This document shows, piece after piece, positions 40,806 to 54,846 of a stretch of DNA of 64,000 bases. Each line of letters opens with the position of its first letter. Position 1 is the first letter of the stretch. Position numbers and translations under genes: made by a program. A model generated the notes under the pieces. It worked only from the letters and a program-made list of their open reading frames with translations, was not told the DNA's origin and searched no databases. Origin of the DNA: Octopus vulgaris. Lineage: Eukaryota. Where the stretch lies: contig OX597815.1 in the NCBI GenBank assembly GCA_951406725.2, positions 140,926,001 to 140,990,000 on the forward strand, given 5' to 3'.

Positions 40806-41210
40806 CGAGTGGCTGTGTGGTAAGTAGCTTGCTTACGAACCACATGGTTCCGGGTTCAGTCCCACTGCGTGGCATCTTGGGCAAGTGTCTTCTACTATAG
40901 CCTCGGGCCGACCAAAACATTCTTAGTGGATTTGGTAGACGGAAACTGAAAGAAGCCCGTCGTATATATGTATATGTATATAGATGTGTGTGTGTTTGTG
41001 TGTCTGTGTTTGTCCTCCCCAACATCACTTGACAACCGATGCTAGTTTGTTTACGTTCCCGTAACTTAGCGGTTCGGCAAAAGAGCCCGATAGAATAAGT
41101 ACTACACTTACAAAAAATAAGTCCTGGGGTCGATTTGCTCGACTAAATGAGGTGCTCCAGCATGGGCACAGTCAAATGACTGACAAAAGTAAAAGAGTAA
41201 AAGAGTAAGA
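40806..41210 (+). mobile_element. SINE family 2, near full length
   Basis: A-box-like tggctgtgtggtaag, B-box-like ggttcagtccc, CORE-like cttgggcaagt, and an (AAAGAGTA)n tail. Confidence 0.9.
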
Positions 41211-41789
41211 GTATATCTGTTAAAATGACCGTAACTTCTATCATCTACATGCACCATACAAACAGTGACTGGAAAGCTGTATTATGGCAAACATGCCAAG
41301 TACAACATAAATAAAGGTAGTAGTTTTGTTAGAAACTATACAGTCAGTGGGGTCACGCTTGGCTATTATTTCTAGCAGATTGGGTGACTTTGCAGAAACT
41401 CTATCGTAGAGATTTTCGTGTGTACAAGCTCTCTCCTCGGGATTTTCTCGTTATTATACTAATCAATCAATAGCAATTTTTTGATGAGCATAATATTGAA
41501 ATAAATCAGATATAAAGCCAGATATGCAGGGAATGGTATTGGGCATTTTGGGCATCTTTGGTTTATGCTAGAGATCATGGCGCTCTCATACCCCTGAGCC
41601 TGCGACTCATATTGGCACCAGGCATCTTGCTCTGGATTGTCTCTGGATAATATCAATAAAGTGGAGAGGGTCTATGAAGTGTTGTGCAAGCCTCATTGGA
41701 CCTAAAACTTTGCACAGGCATTGCTGAACTCTGCTCGATATGTGTTTTTTCCCTATATATATTTAGTTTAGTTTTAGTATATGCGTATT

Positions 41790-42182
<393 letters not shown>

Positions 42183-42194
42183 ATTTTTTATTTG

Positions 42195-42860
42195 GAAGTC
42201 CTGCAGTGATGGGAAAGTGGTGAAGCATGCATACCTGACGGGTCGGAAGCATGTATTCAGCGACATGCACATAGGCGGCCCATGCTAGATATAAAGTCTT
42301 CTCGTTGTTGCCCAAGACAACGGTAAGAATCGGTTGCTGCATGGGTGTCTGGGCAGCTCCATTTGGAGAGGGGACTGCTTACCCGGAGGCCGGGGGTGGT
42401 TCCAGAAAAGGTGAACCAAAAATTGCCTGTCTTTCTATATGTGGTCAGTTTAGCCGGACTGACGGAAGTCCATCCTGCGATCGAAAAATAAAGATAATTT
42501 TATTTACAAAATCTGGATGGAACTTGAAATTTCATGTTGAAATGTGCGCACTCTATTGGATAACAAGAGTGATTGTAGGTCTGAAAGACGCACTGCCCTT
42601 GTTGCGACAGAAGCGGGGACGCAGAGAGGCTGGTGTTGGCTTGCCAGTTCGATCTGATATCCTAAGAAGTTGGAGGAGTTTCCTGTTTCTAAAAATGAAC
42701 GTCTAATGACTCTGCGAGTGCACCTGAAAGGTGGGCGGTTTGCTACTCTAATAAGTGCCTATACACCTACTTTGACTAGCTGTGATGAAGATAAAAGTAC
42801 ATTTTGTATCCAGCTGAGAGCCATACTTAGGAAAATCCTCAATTCGGATAAATATTTGAA
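42195..42860 (+). mobile_element. RTE-clade LINE 5' fragment (5' UTR + APE N-terminus)
   Basis: *NVRTLLDNKSDCRSERRTALVATE...REAGVG...NERLMTLRVHLKGGRFATLISAYTPTL is typical of RTE/BovB-type endonucleases. Confidence 0.82.
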
Positions 42861-43735
42861 CGGTATCTTGGATGCTCACTTATGCTTTGCGGGGCTAGCC
42901 AATGGAAAAGAGGGTGAAAATATGAGGTAAACATGTGCAGGCAGTATTAAATGCCTTGGAGGTGCAGAATAGGGTTTCGTAATATTAAATTTGGGAAATG
43001 TGTGTATTTGAAAATTTCTTCCTTTCAGACAAACTTTTAGAGAGAATGCATTCTAATGACTAGTATATTGCACATATGTTTGTTATCTTTTTTTTATTAT
43101 TCTAATACTTAAAGTGTAGGAGCTAATTTTCTTGTCAGATTGGGTCGATATGCGAAACATATAGAGAAATTCATCTCTATATGTTTATTTTGGATTTCTG
43201 TTTACACTAGTAAGTATTTTCATAGGTAGGACTGATGTGTATTTTTAGAATTGAGCGTAATTTAATCATGCAATGTAAGTCAAGTTTTCAGGAGTGTGAA
43301 ATATACTTTTGGATACATAATCCAAGCTATGCTAAGGCTGTCTTCTATAATCATTCAGTCCATCAGTAGCTAAATTTTACAATAGTCATATACTTCTTTC
43401 CTGTACTCTTTGCGTTTCTCTTGTAATATATTATTTACCTCCTCATCAGTAAGGAGCTACTTAAGGATCTAGAGACATTGTATGTTATTTGAAAGAAGCG
43501 TTTAATCATTGGATATTATGGAAAATAAAATACAGACTCATGAAAACAGAATACTAAAGAAAAATCTAAGCGTTAGGAATGTTGTCTATCAACGTTTTAA
43601 TGTAGGTGAGAAAGTTATTAGAGATTATAAGAGGCTGAAACCTAGCATTTGTTGCAAGTATGTGGCGGTTAGCAGCTGTTTATTTGTACTGTGATAAGAA
43701 TATAATGAATGTCAACTAAAATTATTATACCGAAT

Positions 43736-43945
43736 AAGGCGGTGAGCTGGTAGAATCATTAGCACGCTGGATAAACTTCTTAGTGGCATATCCGTTCACA
43801 CATTCTAAGTTCAAATTCCAATGCGGTAGGGTCATCTTTTACTCTTTTGGTGTAGATAAAACAAGTACCAGGTGAGCACTGGGGTGGAGGTAATCAAATT
43901 ACTCCTCCCCGAGCTTGCGGGATTTGAGCCAAAATTTGAAACCAA
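43736..43945 (+). mobile_element. SINE family 1 monomer, degenerate
   Basis: aaggcggtgagctggtagaatcattagcacg...gttcaaattcc...aagtaccag. Confidence 0.82.
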
Positions 43946-44284
43946 TAAGTATAGATAAATGAGATTTAATAAGTGACACGTCTATATATTAAATTCATAT
44001 TGCGTATATTTTATATGCGTCATACATACACTTTCATATATCTAATGCAAAATACTAAATATTTTTTTCTTCTCGATCGTCCAAACCTTATCCAGAATGA
44101 TATTCTTCATACGATTACAATATATAAGATTTTTGTCCGAGTCGCATGGTTAACACATTTATAATATATAAGTCATATGATATGTCCTTCATTTAATTTC
44201 ACTAAGCACCGTTGAATTCAATGAAATTTTACTTTTATTTCAAGCGTATCAACTGGTAACTACATTTGGGTCATATTCTTATCA

Positions 44285-44676
44285 ACTCTAGGAACAAGAC
44301 CCGAAATTTTTGAGGAAGGGTGCAGTAGATTAAATCGACCCTAGTACGCAACTGGTACTTAATTTATTGACCCCCGAAAGAACAAAAGGCAAAGTCGATC
44401 TCGGCGGAATTTTAACTCAGAACGTAGCAGCAGACGAAATACCTATGTCTTTACTACCCATAAGGGGCTAAACACAGAGGGGACGAACAAGGACAGACAC
44501 ACGGATTAAGTCGATTATATCTACCCAGGTGCGTAACTGGTACTTATTTAATCGATCCCGAAAGGATGAAAGGCAAAGTCGATCTCGGTGGAATTTGAAA
44601 TCACAACGTAACGGCAGACGAAATACCGCTAAGCATTTCGCCCGACGCGCTAATGTTTCTGCCAGCTCGCCGCCTT
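44285..44676 (-). mobile_element. SINE family 1 dimer
   Basis: Reverse complement of the 39074 array. Head at 44676 (aaggcggcgagctggcagaaac). Confidence 0.9.
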
Positions 44677-44679
44677 ACG

Positions 44680-44890
44680 TATTAAGAATATTGGAGCTGC
44701 TGTCAGCCTCGAGGTGATCCAGAAGACAGCATTGTTGGGTATAGCTCGCATTCTAAGGAGAGTTTTGTCTCTTTGAATCGGAGGAGAAGGCACTACTTGA
44801 AACTTCTGGTGATTTGTTATTGCCTGCTTTCAGGTAAAGAATAGCCCATATTGGCCCATATTGAATTCTATAAGCGTTTGCGTCTAAGGC
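44680..44890 (+). mobile_element. R4/Dong extreme C-terminus + 3' UTR fragment
   Basis: KNIGAAVSLEVIQKTALLGIARILRRVLSL* resembles QKIVLTGTSHVLRRALSM*. Confidence 0.75.
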
Positions 44891-45739
44891 TTTATCGTGG
44901 TTAATCATTTATTTCTGATTTTGAATATTGTATTTAACAAACGTATCACGTATTCAATTAAATTATGTTTCAAAAACCTTAAATAATTCCTTTCCTTATC
45001 GTTCCTGCAAATATGAAAAATCCATGAAATAATTGCCAACTAATAATCGACTTGTATCGTGTAAGTTATACTACTGATATCAAGTGTGCACGTATGCATA
45101 ATACCTAGCCTTAGGACATAGACACGAGGAAGTGAAAGTAATTAAATTTCAAAAGCCAACTGAAGCCGCTGTAATTTTTTATTGTGTTAGAGCGGAGAAA
45201 ATGTCTTTTAATTTTATATCATGATACTCATACGAGCAGAATTTATATTGAAAAAATGATTTAATTATAATTAAATTCAACATGTCTCTGGAAATACAAT
45301 TCTCTATTTGTATAGTTTTTCGATTGCTGAGTTAGATGAAAGCCAGAGCCAAGACTTACTGAAGGAGTTATCTTCAGAAAACTTATCTAGCTTAGATGCT
45401 GCTGTGTGAATATACTAAGATAAATTAACAAAAACAAAATGGCCAACTGTTCTTGCGAAACATTGGCGTGTAATACCCGTTACTACGCAACAGGAAAAAT
45501 TCTACAAGAATTTCATAATATTTCTGCCCAAGAATTTTCACTCGTGAACCTTTGGCTAATGGCTAGGCTATGGCAGTAAACATGTCTCCTATCTGTCTCG
45601 AAAAGGGATCGAATCCCATATTATATAGTTTTAACACGAACGTGTGAAGATTACGGTTTTGCCAGGATTCCTATATAATCAAGAATTGCAGACTTTATAG
45701 AGCCAAAATAACAAACCAAAATCTATTACGAAATTTACA

Positions 45740-45985
45740 TCTTGTAAAGCCCTTTCTTTTTTCGGTCTAACAGAATTTTCCTCCGAGAGCATATCTAACC
45801 CTGCCTGTATTCTTCTTATCCACCATTGGTCTTTTCTTTTGTCACTCCCATTGTATTTCTTTTTCTTGACATCAAGACCTACATTTTCTGCTACAAAAAT
45901 ACTTGCTGCCTTGATCAAGTTATTTGTTTCTGTGATGTTTGTTTTGATGTATTTCAGAATATCATTGACATTTTTCGTTCCTTAG
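45740..45985 (-). mobile_element. R4/Dong N-terminal region fragment
   Basis: NITETNNLIKAASIFVAENVG...KDQWWIRRIQ corresponds to TNLLIYA...KEQMWKRRLQ near 53760-53870. Confidence 0.65.
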
Positions 45986-45989
45986 TTTA

Positions 45990-47425
45990 ACTTCCACCGG
46001 TCAAACTTTTTAAGGTTGCAAATAATGTTGTTATCCACTGTCCACAGTCCAATATTTCTCTGAAACCCCAGGAGCAAATGTTCTCTCCAATTCCTTCTCT
46101 CCGTCTTACAGGCCCTACACTTAGAGAGGTACCATACACTCTTGCCATTTTCGCAACTTTCACACACATTTTAATAAACTCACTCAGGGACAACACTGCA
46201 CTCTCTGATCTCAATTTATTTTTCAAGTGGAACCTGAAAAATTCAATGAGAACTTTACCAAAGAGGAATGTATCGGTCCTCATACCTTTCAGCCTTGACC
46301 ACCAAGCAACCTTTATTGCTACAGCCACCAGGCAAAGGAAAACTGCCTTGCCTGCCCGATGAAAGGTGGGCGGCGCTAAAATCATCACTGCAGACACGGC
46401 TGATAGATGGACCCGTCCCACACGTGACAGCAGCTGTTCAACATAACCTCACAATTCAGCAGTGCCCGGACACTGAACGAGGGCATGTACAACGGTTTCA
46501 TCACTGCGCGCACCTTGCACAAGACCGTCTGACAGCACATACGTGCCTGTAGATTTTATCTCAAACCGGTTACGCCCATCCCCCAGTAGCATTGCCAAGC
46601 AAAGAATATCTGGAAATTATCCATGATAGTTCCCGACTGCAAAGTCCCCCAGAACAGATTAGTCAGTTCATCCTCGTCGGCGCCCAGAGTCTCCCCAAGA
46701 AATCGTCACACTTCCATGTCACTAATCCTATATGAATTTCTAAAGAAGAACATCCACCGATCCTAATTCCCGACTAGTAGAGGGTTGTGACCGCCTGACA
46801 ACATTCTAGATGGCAGGCGCCAAATCTCGGTGTTGTTTTCATTCAGGACTGCAGCTCCATCAAGGCACGAGCTGCGGAAAGATGAACCACACAAACGGAG
46901 CCCACTCACGCATACCGTCCAGAAATCGTTGCAGCTGGCGTAACAAAAGAGCGTGTCTGTGAATTAGGAGCCATAACTAATCTGCCACTCAAAAGATGTT
47001 GGCAACAGACTGATCATCTGACCATTCGAATGCGTCCCTTCCACAAGAATTTAAATGAGACGCTCCAACCTGGTCAGGCATTAATCGGGGCAAGGAAGCA
47101 TGTTCATCGGATAAATGATAACGGAGGCAATGTAAGCATTGACCACCTCTGCCCAACCTTTCAGTGACAGCTTTCTTTCAGCCCATTTCTGAATAAGACT
47201 GTACAGCCTGTTTGCCACCTCGTCCCAGTTCTTATCAACCTAGAGGTGGGGACCAAACCAGACCCCGAGCAATTTAACTGGTCCATCGGTCCACGGTCCG
47301 ACGACGCCATACGATGACATCTTCCTGCCGCTCCAGGAGCCCAACAGCAAATCAACCGATTTCTCACCGTTGATTTTAGCCCCTACGATCGACTCATATT
47401 TTTTTACGATGGTGCTGAAAACAAC
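45990..47425 (-). mobile_element. Tx1-like LINE 3' portion (post-RT and C-terminal domain)
   Basis: YESIVGAKINGEKSVDLLLGSW...KLLGVWFGPHL, and ORF 45987..46421 FLCLVAVA...FFRFHLKNKLRSE. Homologous to 26520-27690. Confidence 0.85.
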
Positions 47426-47483
47426 CATGTTTATCGGATAAACAAAATGGAACAAAACAACAACAATGATGTTAATAATAATG

Positions 47484-47521
<38 letters not shown>

Positions 47522-47525
<4 letters not shown>

Positions 47526-49749
47526 TCCTAACATCTATCCTGGCGGAGAAAACATGCATTCATGGAGAAGAACGATATTTTCCCCATTGAACAAAAAGGG
47601 TGCCGCCGAAGCTCTTACGGATGCAAAGATCAACTGCTAATCAATCGTATGATCCTTGAGAACTGTCACAACAAGCGCAGAAATCTCAGCACCGCATGGA
47701 TTGACTATAAAAAGGCCTTCGACAGTATACCGCATCCATGGATCTTGAGATCGCTGGACATCTTGAAAATTTCTCCTGTTGTTTCAAACTTCCTAAAGCA
47801 CAATATGTCGTTGTGGAATACAAATCTCCAATTATACCACTCTAATGGAGTACTTGCCTCAGAAAATATAAACATCAACTGTGGAATTTTTCAAGGTGAC
47901 TCACTTTCACCTTTAATATTCTGCATAGCCCTAATACCCCTTACAAGTGAATTAAACAGAACAGGGTATGGGTATAAAATTGCCAATAAAAACATAAGCC
48001 ATCTATTTTATATGGATGACTTAAAACTTTATGGTAAAGACAATAATGAACTTGAAGGCCTATTGCGCACCGTGAAAGCATTCAGCGATGACATCGGGAT
48101 GGAGTTTGGACTTGAGAAGTGTGCCAAGGCCACTTTCCAGAAAGGGAAAGTGAAGACCACAAATTCAGTCGTGTTAGATGTTGACACAGTCATAAGAGAG
48201 CTTGAGCAAGAACAAACATACAAATATTTAGGGATAAATAAAGGCTCTGGTATTCAGCATGCAAGCATGAAAGAGAAAATCAGGAAGGAATGTTATAGGA
48301 GAGTTCGTGCAGTCCTGAAATCTGAACTAAATGCACGTAACAAGGTGTTAGCTATAAATTCCTTAGCAGTTTCAGTTGTTACTTATAGCTACAATGTGTT
48401 GAACTGGAATATGAGTGAAGTAAAGAATATAGATAGGAAAATACGCAAGCTGCTGAGTTGTAATAGGATGCACCACCCAAAGGCAGACGTAGATCGCCTT
48501 TACCTTCCCAGAGCCCAAGGAGGTCGAGGCCTGATCCAATTTGAACTAGCTTACAAAACAACCACAATTGGACTGGCCAAATATCTCGAAATATCGAATG
48601 ACTGGATGCTGAAGCTCGTGGAAAATCACGAGAGACGAAAGAAGCTTCATTCTATAATAAAGGAAAGCAAAAAAATTGCTACTGATCTCGTGCAGGATAC
48701 CCAAACTGAACAACCCGAGGGAAGTACGGCAACTATTGTTGCAAAGAAAGTGAAAATGATGGCAATGAAAAAAGCGCACGAGCAATTGGCTGATAGGTGG
48801 GAGGAGAAACCTCTGCACGGCAAATATGTGACCCGCAGCAAACAAGCTGATGTTGACCAGAAGCAAACCCATCAGTGGCTACGGAGCTCAGGGCTAAAAG
48901 CAGAGAGCGAAGGTTTCATCCTGGCTGCTCAAGATCAAAGCCTATTAACCCGGAACTACCAGGCCAATGTGATGAAAAAGGGAGCAGACCCAAAATGCCG
49001 ATTCTGCAACGACATGATTGAAACAGTGGACCACCTAATCTCTGGATGTAAAGTCTTAGCACCAGTGGAGTATAAATTAAGACATGACAGAGTTGGCCAA
49101 TATCTCCACTGGCTAATAAGTCGGCATTACAATATCAAAACTGCCGACAAGTGGTATAATCACCACCCAGAGGCTGTAACTGAAGGAGAAAATGTAACCA
49201 TTCTGTGGGACTTTCCAGTACATACAGACCGAACCATCAAGGCCAATAAACCAGATATTGTTGTGAAAGACCAAAATAATAAAGTTTGCTTATTGATCGA
49301 CATGAGCATCCCCTGTGATCATAATATCTCAGCGAAAGAGTTTGACAAGCTCAGAAAATATAAAGACCTACTCATTGAAATTGAGAAAATGTGGCATCTC
49401 AAGGCGGTTACAATACCAGTGATCGTAGGAGCACTAGGAATGATCAAGAAGGGAACCGAAAATTATATGAGAATGATCCCTGGCTTACCATCCCTGCAAG
49501 AAGCGCAAAAGATTGTCTTAACTGGTACATCACACGTATTGAGAAGAGCATTGTCGATGTGAGAACTGTTGCTACTCATGTATTTTAATTTAACTTAAAA
49601 ATTTTTTTTTTTTAAATGAATGAACTACTAAGTTTGGTTTAATGGCCTACCAATGTATGCTATGAGTTTCTTTGCCCTAGGAGTCGGGAAGACACTCGGC
49701 AAGAAATGGAAGCAAATTTGAAAGAAGAAAAAAAAATAAATAAAAATAA

Positions 49750-49750
<1 letters not shown>
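47522..49750 (+). mobile_element. Young 5'-truncated R4/Dong-clade non-LTR retrotransposon inserted in (TAA)n
   Basis: Begins inside the RT region (KILTSILAEK) directly after (TAA)n. A ~190-bp 3' UTR ends in an A-rich tail merging into (TAA)n. Confidence 0.95.
47562..49562 (+). CDS. Reverse transcriptase - CCHC knuckle - restriction-like (PD-D/ExK) endonuclease, N-terminally truncated
   Basis: Uninterrupted 666 aa: QKGCR, WIDYKKAFDS, GIFQGDSLSP, FYMDD, GMEFGLEKC, YKYLG, CRFC..ETVDHLISGC, RHD, KPDIVV..LIDMSIP, KYKDL. The start Met is internal, not the native start. Confidence 0.93.
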   Translation: MEKNDIFPIEQKGCRRSSYGCKDQLLINRMILENCHNKRRNLSTAWIDYKKAFDSIPHPWILRSLDILKISPVVSNFLKHNMSLWNTNLQLYHSNGVLASENININCGIFQGDSLSPLIFCIALIPLTSELNRTGYGYKIANKNISHLFYMDDLKLYGKDNNELEGLLRTVKAFSDDIGMEFGLEKCAKATFQKGKVKTTNSVVLDVDTVIRELEQEQTYKYLGINKGSGIQHASMKEKIRKECYRRVRAVLKSELNARNKVLAINSLAVSVVTYSYNVLNWNMSEVKNIDRKIRKLLSCNRMHHPKADVDRLYLPRAQGGRGLIQFELAYKTTTIGLAKYLEISNDWMLKLVENHERRKKLHSIIKESKKIATDLVQDTQTEQPEGSTATIVAKKVKMMAMKKAHEQLADRWEEKPLHGKYVTRSKQADVDQKQTHQWLRSSGLKAESEGFILAAQDQSLLTRNYQANVMKKGADPKCRFCNDMIETVDHLISGCKVLAPVEYKLRHDRVGQYLHWLISRHYNIKTADKWYNHHPEAVTEGENVTILWDFPVHTDRTIKANKPDIVVKDQNNKVCLLIDMSIPCDHNISAKEFDKLRKYKDLLIEIEKMWHLKAVTIPVIVGALGMIKKGTENYMRMIPGLPSLQEAQKIVLTGTSHVLRRALSM

Positions 49751-49811
<61 letters not shown>

Positions 49812-49818
49812 CAACAAA

Positions 49819-49998
49819 ACCGGGCCCCACCTGTAGGGTTATGCGCTGTTTATCTTGATGTGAGATCACCATCTTACGCACATGTGATTGTGATGCCTGT
49901 GCATGGTGTACCCTTATCAGACGTGTTGTCATGATGGTTATACTGGCCCCGTATATTTTACCCCAATGCCGCTTTAATGACATTCACTTCTGTCTCAA
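49819..49998 (+). mobile_element. Unassigned ~180-bp retroposon end within the (TAA)n train
   Basis: Unique non-coding segment bounded by AAT/AAC runs. Orientation is inferred from the downstream AAT-rich run. Confidence 0.4.
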
Positions 49999-50049
49999 TA
50001 TTATAATGATAATAATGAGAGTAATAGAAGCTGGAAGGCCTTTAAAATT

Positions 50050-50412
50050 TAGATTCACAGAGTAATGAAAGCTAGAATGCCTGATTTATTAGTAGTAGAC
50101 AAAGAGAATAGAAAGTGCCAAATAATTGATTTTACTGTCCCAAATTATCAAAAAATCCATACAAGAGGTATAGAAAAAATAGCAAAGTACCAGGACATTG
50201 TCATTGAATTACAGAGACTATGGAAAGTGCGGGTTAAATGTTTCCTAGTAGTTATAGGTGCATTAAGAACTATCCCTGAAGATTTGAACATATGAATAGA
50301 GGAAATAGGTATAAAAACCAATTTAGTACAGCTACAGAAAACTGTTATTTAAGACAGCTAGAATAATTAGGAGGGTTCTTATCATCTAAGGTTACTTGTT
50401 GTATGTATAAGA
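50050..50412 (+). mobile_element. R4/Dong endonuclease-domain fragment (older subfamily)
   Basis: ARMPDLLVVDKENRKCQIIDFTVP...KIAKYQDIVIELQRLW...VVIGAL...LQKTVI*KTARIIRRVL. Confidence 0.88.
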
Positions 50413-52101
<1,689 letters not shown>

Positions 52102-52127
52102 GTAATAGTAATAATGATAATAATAAT

Positions 52128-52405
52128 TAACAGCAAAAGGGGTTAATTGTTACCTAGCTCAGTTACCAGGAAACTTGATATTGCTACCTAAATCAGATAC
52201 AATGGCAGAAATTCAAAAGATTGTGCTCATGGGAGCTGCTCATATCCTACGCAAAATAATTTCTATGTAATCTCAAATTTTAAAACAAACACATAATTTT
52301 CTTATGGTTTCTTAAACATTCTCTAGAACAATACTATGTACAGAACCAAATATATAGCACCCTAGGCATAACACCAACATGAAATTCTAACTTGTCTCTT
52401 GATAA
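52128..52405 (+). mobile_element. R4/Dong 3' end, same subfamily as 511-906
   Basis: MAEIQKIVLMGAAHILRKIISM* plus a matching 3' UTR. Confidence 0.88.
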
Positions 52406-52818
52406 AAATGGCAATAATGATGATGATAACAACAACCTCAACAACAACAACAACAATAATAATAATAATAATTAACGGAACCCATCATAAAAGCAATCAG
52501 AACAGTGGACGGATAATCATGAATACTATAAAATAGTTGCTTTAGTAGTTACACACACACAGAGACACACTACTATGCAACACCTCCCAAAAGCATACAA
52601 AAGTAAACTCGTACTGTAAATATCCAATAAAAGTAACAAAATTCACGTGTCGTAGAAGGCCGATACGCGACAGAAAATCTCAACCTGCGCTACACCACAA
52701 AACTCACTGATGCAATACAATATCGCCCCCACCAAAAAAGAAAAAATGCAGCACACCCCACTCCATCAGCACAATGGTGCAACAAATGATGCAATAGAAA
52801 GTTACTTGAAACTTTCAG

Positions 52819-54110
52819 ATGTCGAAAAATAATGGTGGTGATAACGATGTTGACGAACGTTACTTTACCTCAGTTTATGAGACACTGGAGTTTCCGAAGA
52901 ACTCTGGTTGTAACAGCGAAAATGAAGCTGAACATTTAAGAGAAGACCTCTCGCTGGGCAGTGGATCAGTAAAGATGCAGACTGATAACAGCTGTCATCC
53001 TAGTACAACATCAGCAGATACTAGAGCAAGGAGGGGGAAGTGGAGCAGCGAGGAAAACAGGATAGTGATGCAGTGCTTCTTAGAAAATGAACCTAAAAGA
53101 AGGGGCTATAGAAAACGGATGATAACACTTTGGGTAGAGAAGGATAAAATAAAAATGATTGATCAGAGATTATTTGATCAAGCTAATGCTATTAGGAGAA
53201 GAAAGTGGATGACAGAAATTGTGGTAGTAAGATATCACAAGAGGACTGGAAAGCAAAAACCAGGCAGTGGGAAAGACAAACGACAACATATGAGATATAA
53301 CTCAAACCAAAGAAGAACTTAAAGAAAAAAATAACAATAGCGTTACCAATAAGGAAGAGACAACTAGCACCAACGACTTTTCAACTATAGGCACAAGCTC
53401 CGAAATTTGGGGGGACGGGGTCAGTCGATTAGATCGACCCTAGTACGCAACTGGGGCTTAATTTATCAACCCCGAAAGGATGAAAGGCAAAGTCGAACAT
53501 CGGCCAAATTTGATCGTAAAAAGAGACAAAATACCGCTAAGTATTTCGCCCGGAATTCTGACGTTTCTGCCAGCTTGCCTTCCAGCGACTTAAGTACTTT
53601 AAGTGAGGAAGATCAGAAGATTTTAGATGACTTGCATGAAGTATCAAGAGAAGTAAGAAAAAGACTGCACACATTAAAAAGCAGCAACACAAGGAAGCTA
53701 CAAGAAATGATTACGAAAGTAGATACTGTTCCCAGGAGGCTAGGTTCTAAAAAATACTGAAAACACTAACTTATTGATCTATGCACGAGGGGTAGTAGTC
53801 ACCAGAAGATTAGATATCTCATAGGGAAAGATTAGAAAAGAGCAAATGTGGAAAAGGAGACTACAAAAGCGAAGGCTTTAAAATGAGATCTGAGAAGAAT
53901 AGAAGCCTGGAAAATAAAAAAGTTAGGAAACACAAGATGTAAATATTGCCTCGCGGAAAGGATTTTGGGACAATAATAGAAGGGTTGAAACAACATATCC
54001 TAGCAGTAACTGGCAAGCTCTCCAGATATCAGAAAATAATAAATCAGTATCAACTGAATAGATTATTTGAGACAGACCAGAGGAGATTTTATAACCAAAT
54101 AAATAGTGCA
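52819..54110 (+). mobile_element. R4/Dong 5' (N-terminal) region, decayed and split by a SINE
   Basis: RGKWSSEENRIVMQCFLENEPKRRGYRKRMITLW...DQRLFDQANAIRRRKW and LKQHILAVTGKLSRYQ...NRLFETDQRRFY are typical R4-clade N-terminal blocks. Confidence 0.8.
53375..53582 (-). mobile_element. SINE family 1 monomer nested in the Dong N-terminal region
   Basis: gtcgattagatcgaccctagtacgcaactgg...cccgaaaggatgaaaggcaaagtcga...gtttctgccagcttgcc. Confidence 0.87.
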
Positions 54111-54164
54111 GAGCGATGTACTTATCTTAGTGACCCCGAAATGATGACGGCAATAGAACAGTAT

Positions 54165-54735
54165 TTAGGGGTTCAAATTTTGGCACAAGACGCACAAACC
54201 CAGGTTAAGTCGATTATATTGATTTTAATGTTCAGCTGGTATATAATTTATCGTCTCCGAAAATACGAAATACAAAATCAATCCGGTGGAATTTGCACTC
54301 AACTCAGAAAAATGATACTAATTTCAAAGTTTGATCAAGGCAATTTCATGGGAGGAACTAATCGATTACATCGATTCCAGGGTTCAGTTGATCATAATGT
54401 TATCGAGCCCCGGAAGGATGAAAGGTAAAACTCAACTCCTGCGGTATTCGAAACCCGAACGTAAAGGCAGTCAATATGCCGCTGAGCATTTTTCCCGGCG
54501 GGTTAACAATTCTGCCAGCTCACATCCTTCACTCAGAACAATAATATTGGTGTCACATTCTGGCAGAAGGCCTGCGATGCTAAGTCGATTACATCGACTC
54601 CAGTGTTCAATTAGTACCTATTTTATCGACCCCGAAAGTATAAAAGTCAAACTCAACCCCTGTAGAATTTTAACACAACGTAAAGACGGCCGAAATTGCC
54701 GGCCCGAATACAGGACAAGATTACCAGCAGAACGG
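54165..54735 (-). mobile_element. Cluster of ~3 degenerate SINE family 1 copies
   Basis: Repeated gtcgatta..tcga, ccccg.aagga.gaaagg and tctgccagctc blocks at ~54210, ~54365 and ~54585. Confidence 0.7.
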
Positions 54736-54750
54736 TAACAACTCTAATGG

Positions 54751-54751
<1 letters not shown>

Positions 54752-54826
<75 letters not shown>

Positions 54827-54846
54827 ACTGATGATGATGATGATGT
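54752..54846. repeat. Compound (CTA)n-(CTG)n-(ATG)n microsatellite
   Basis: Direct reading. Confidence 0.95.

Noticed and set aside
43395-43456. Minus-strand CUGAUGA...GAAAC...GUA
   Set aside because: The base of stem II and the stem I register do not pair. Probably chance.
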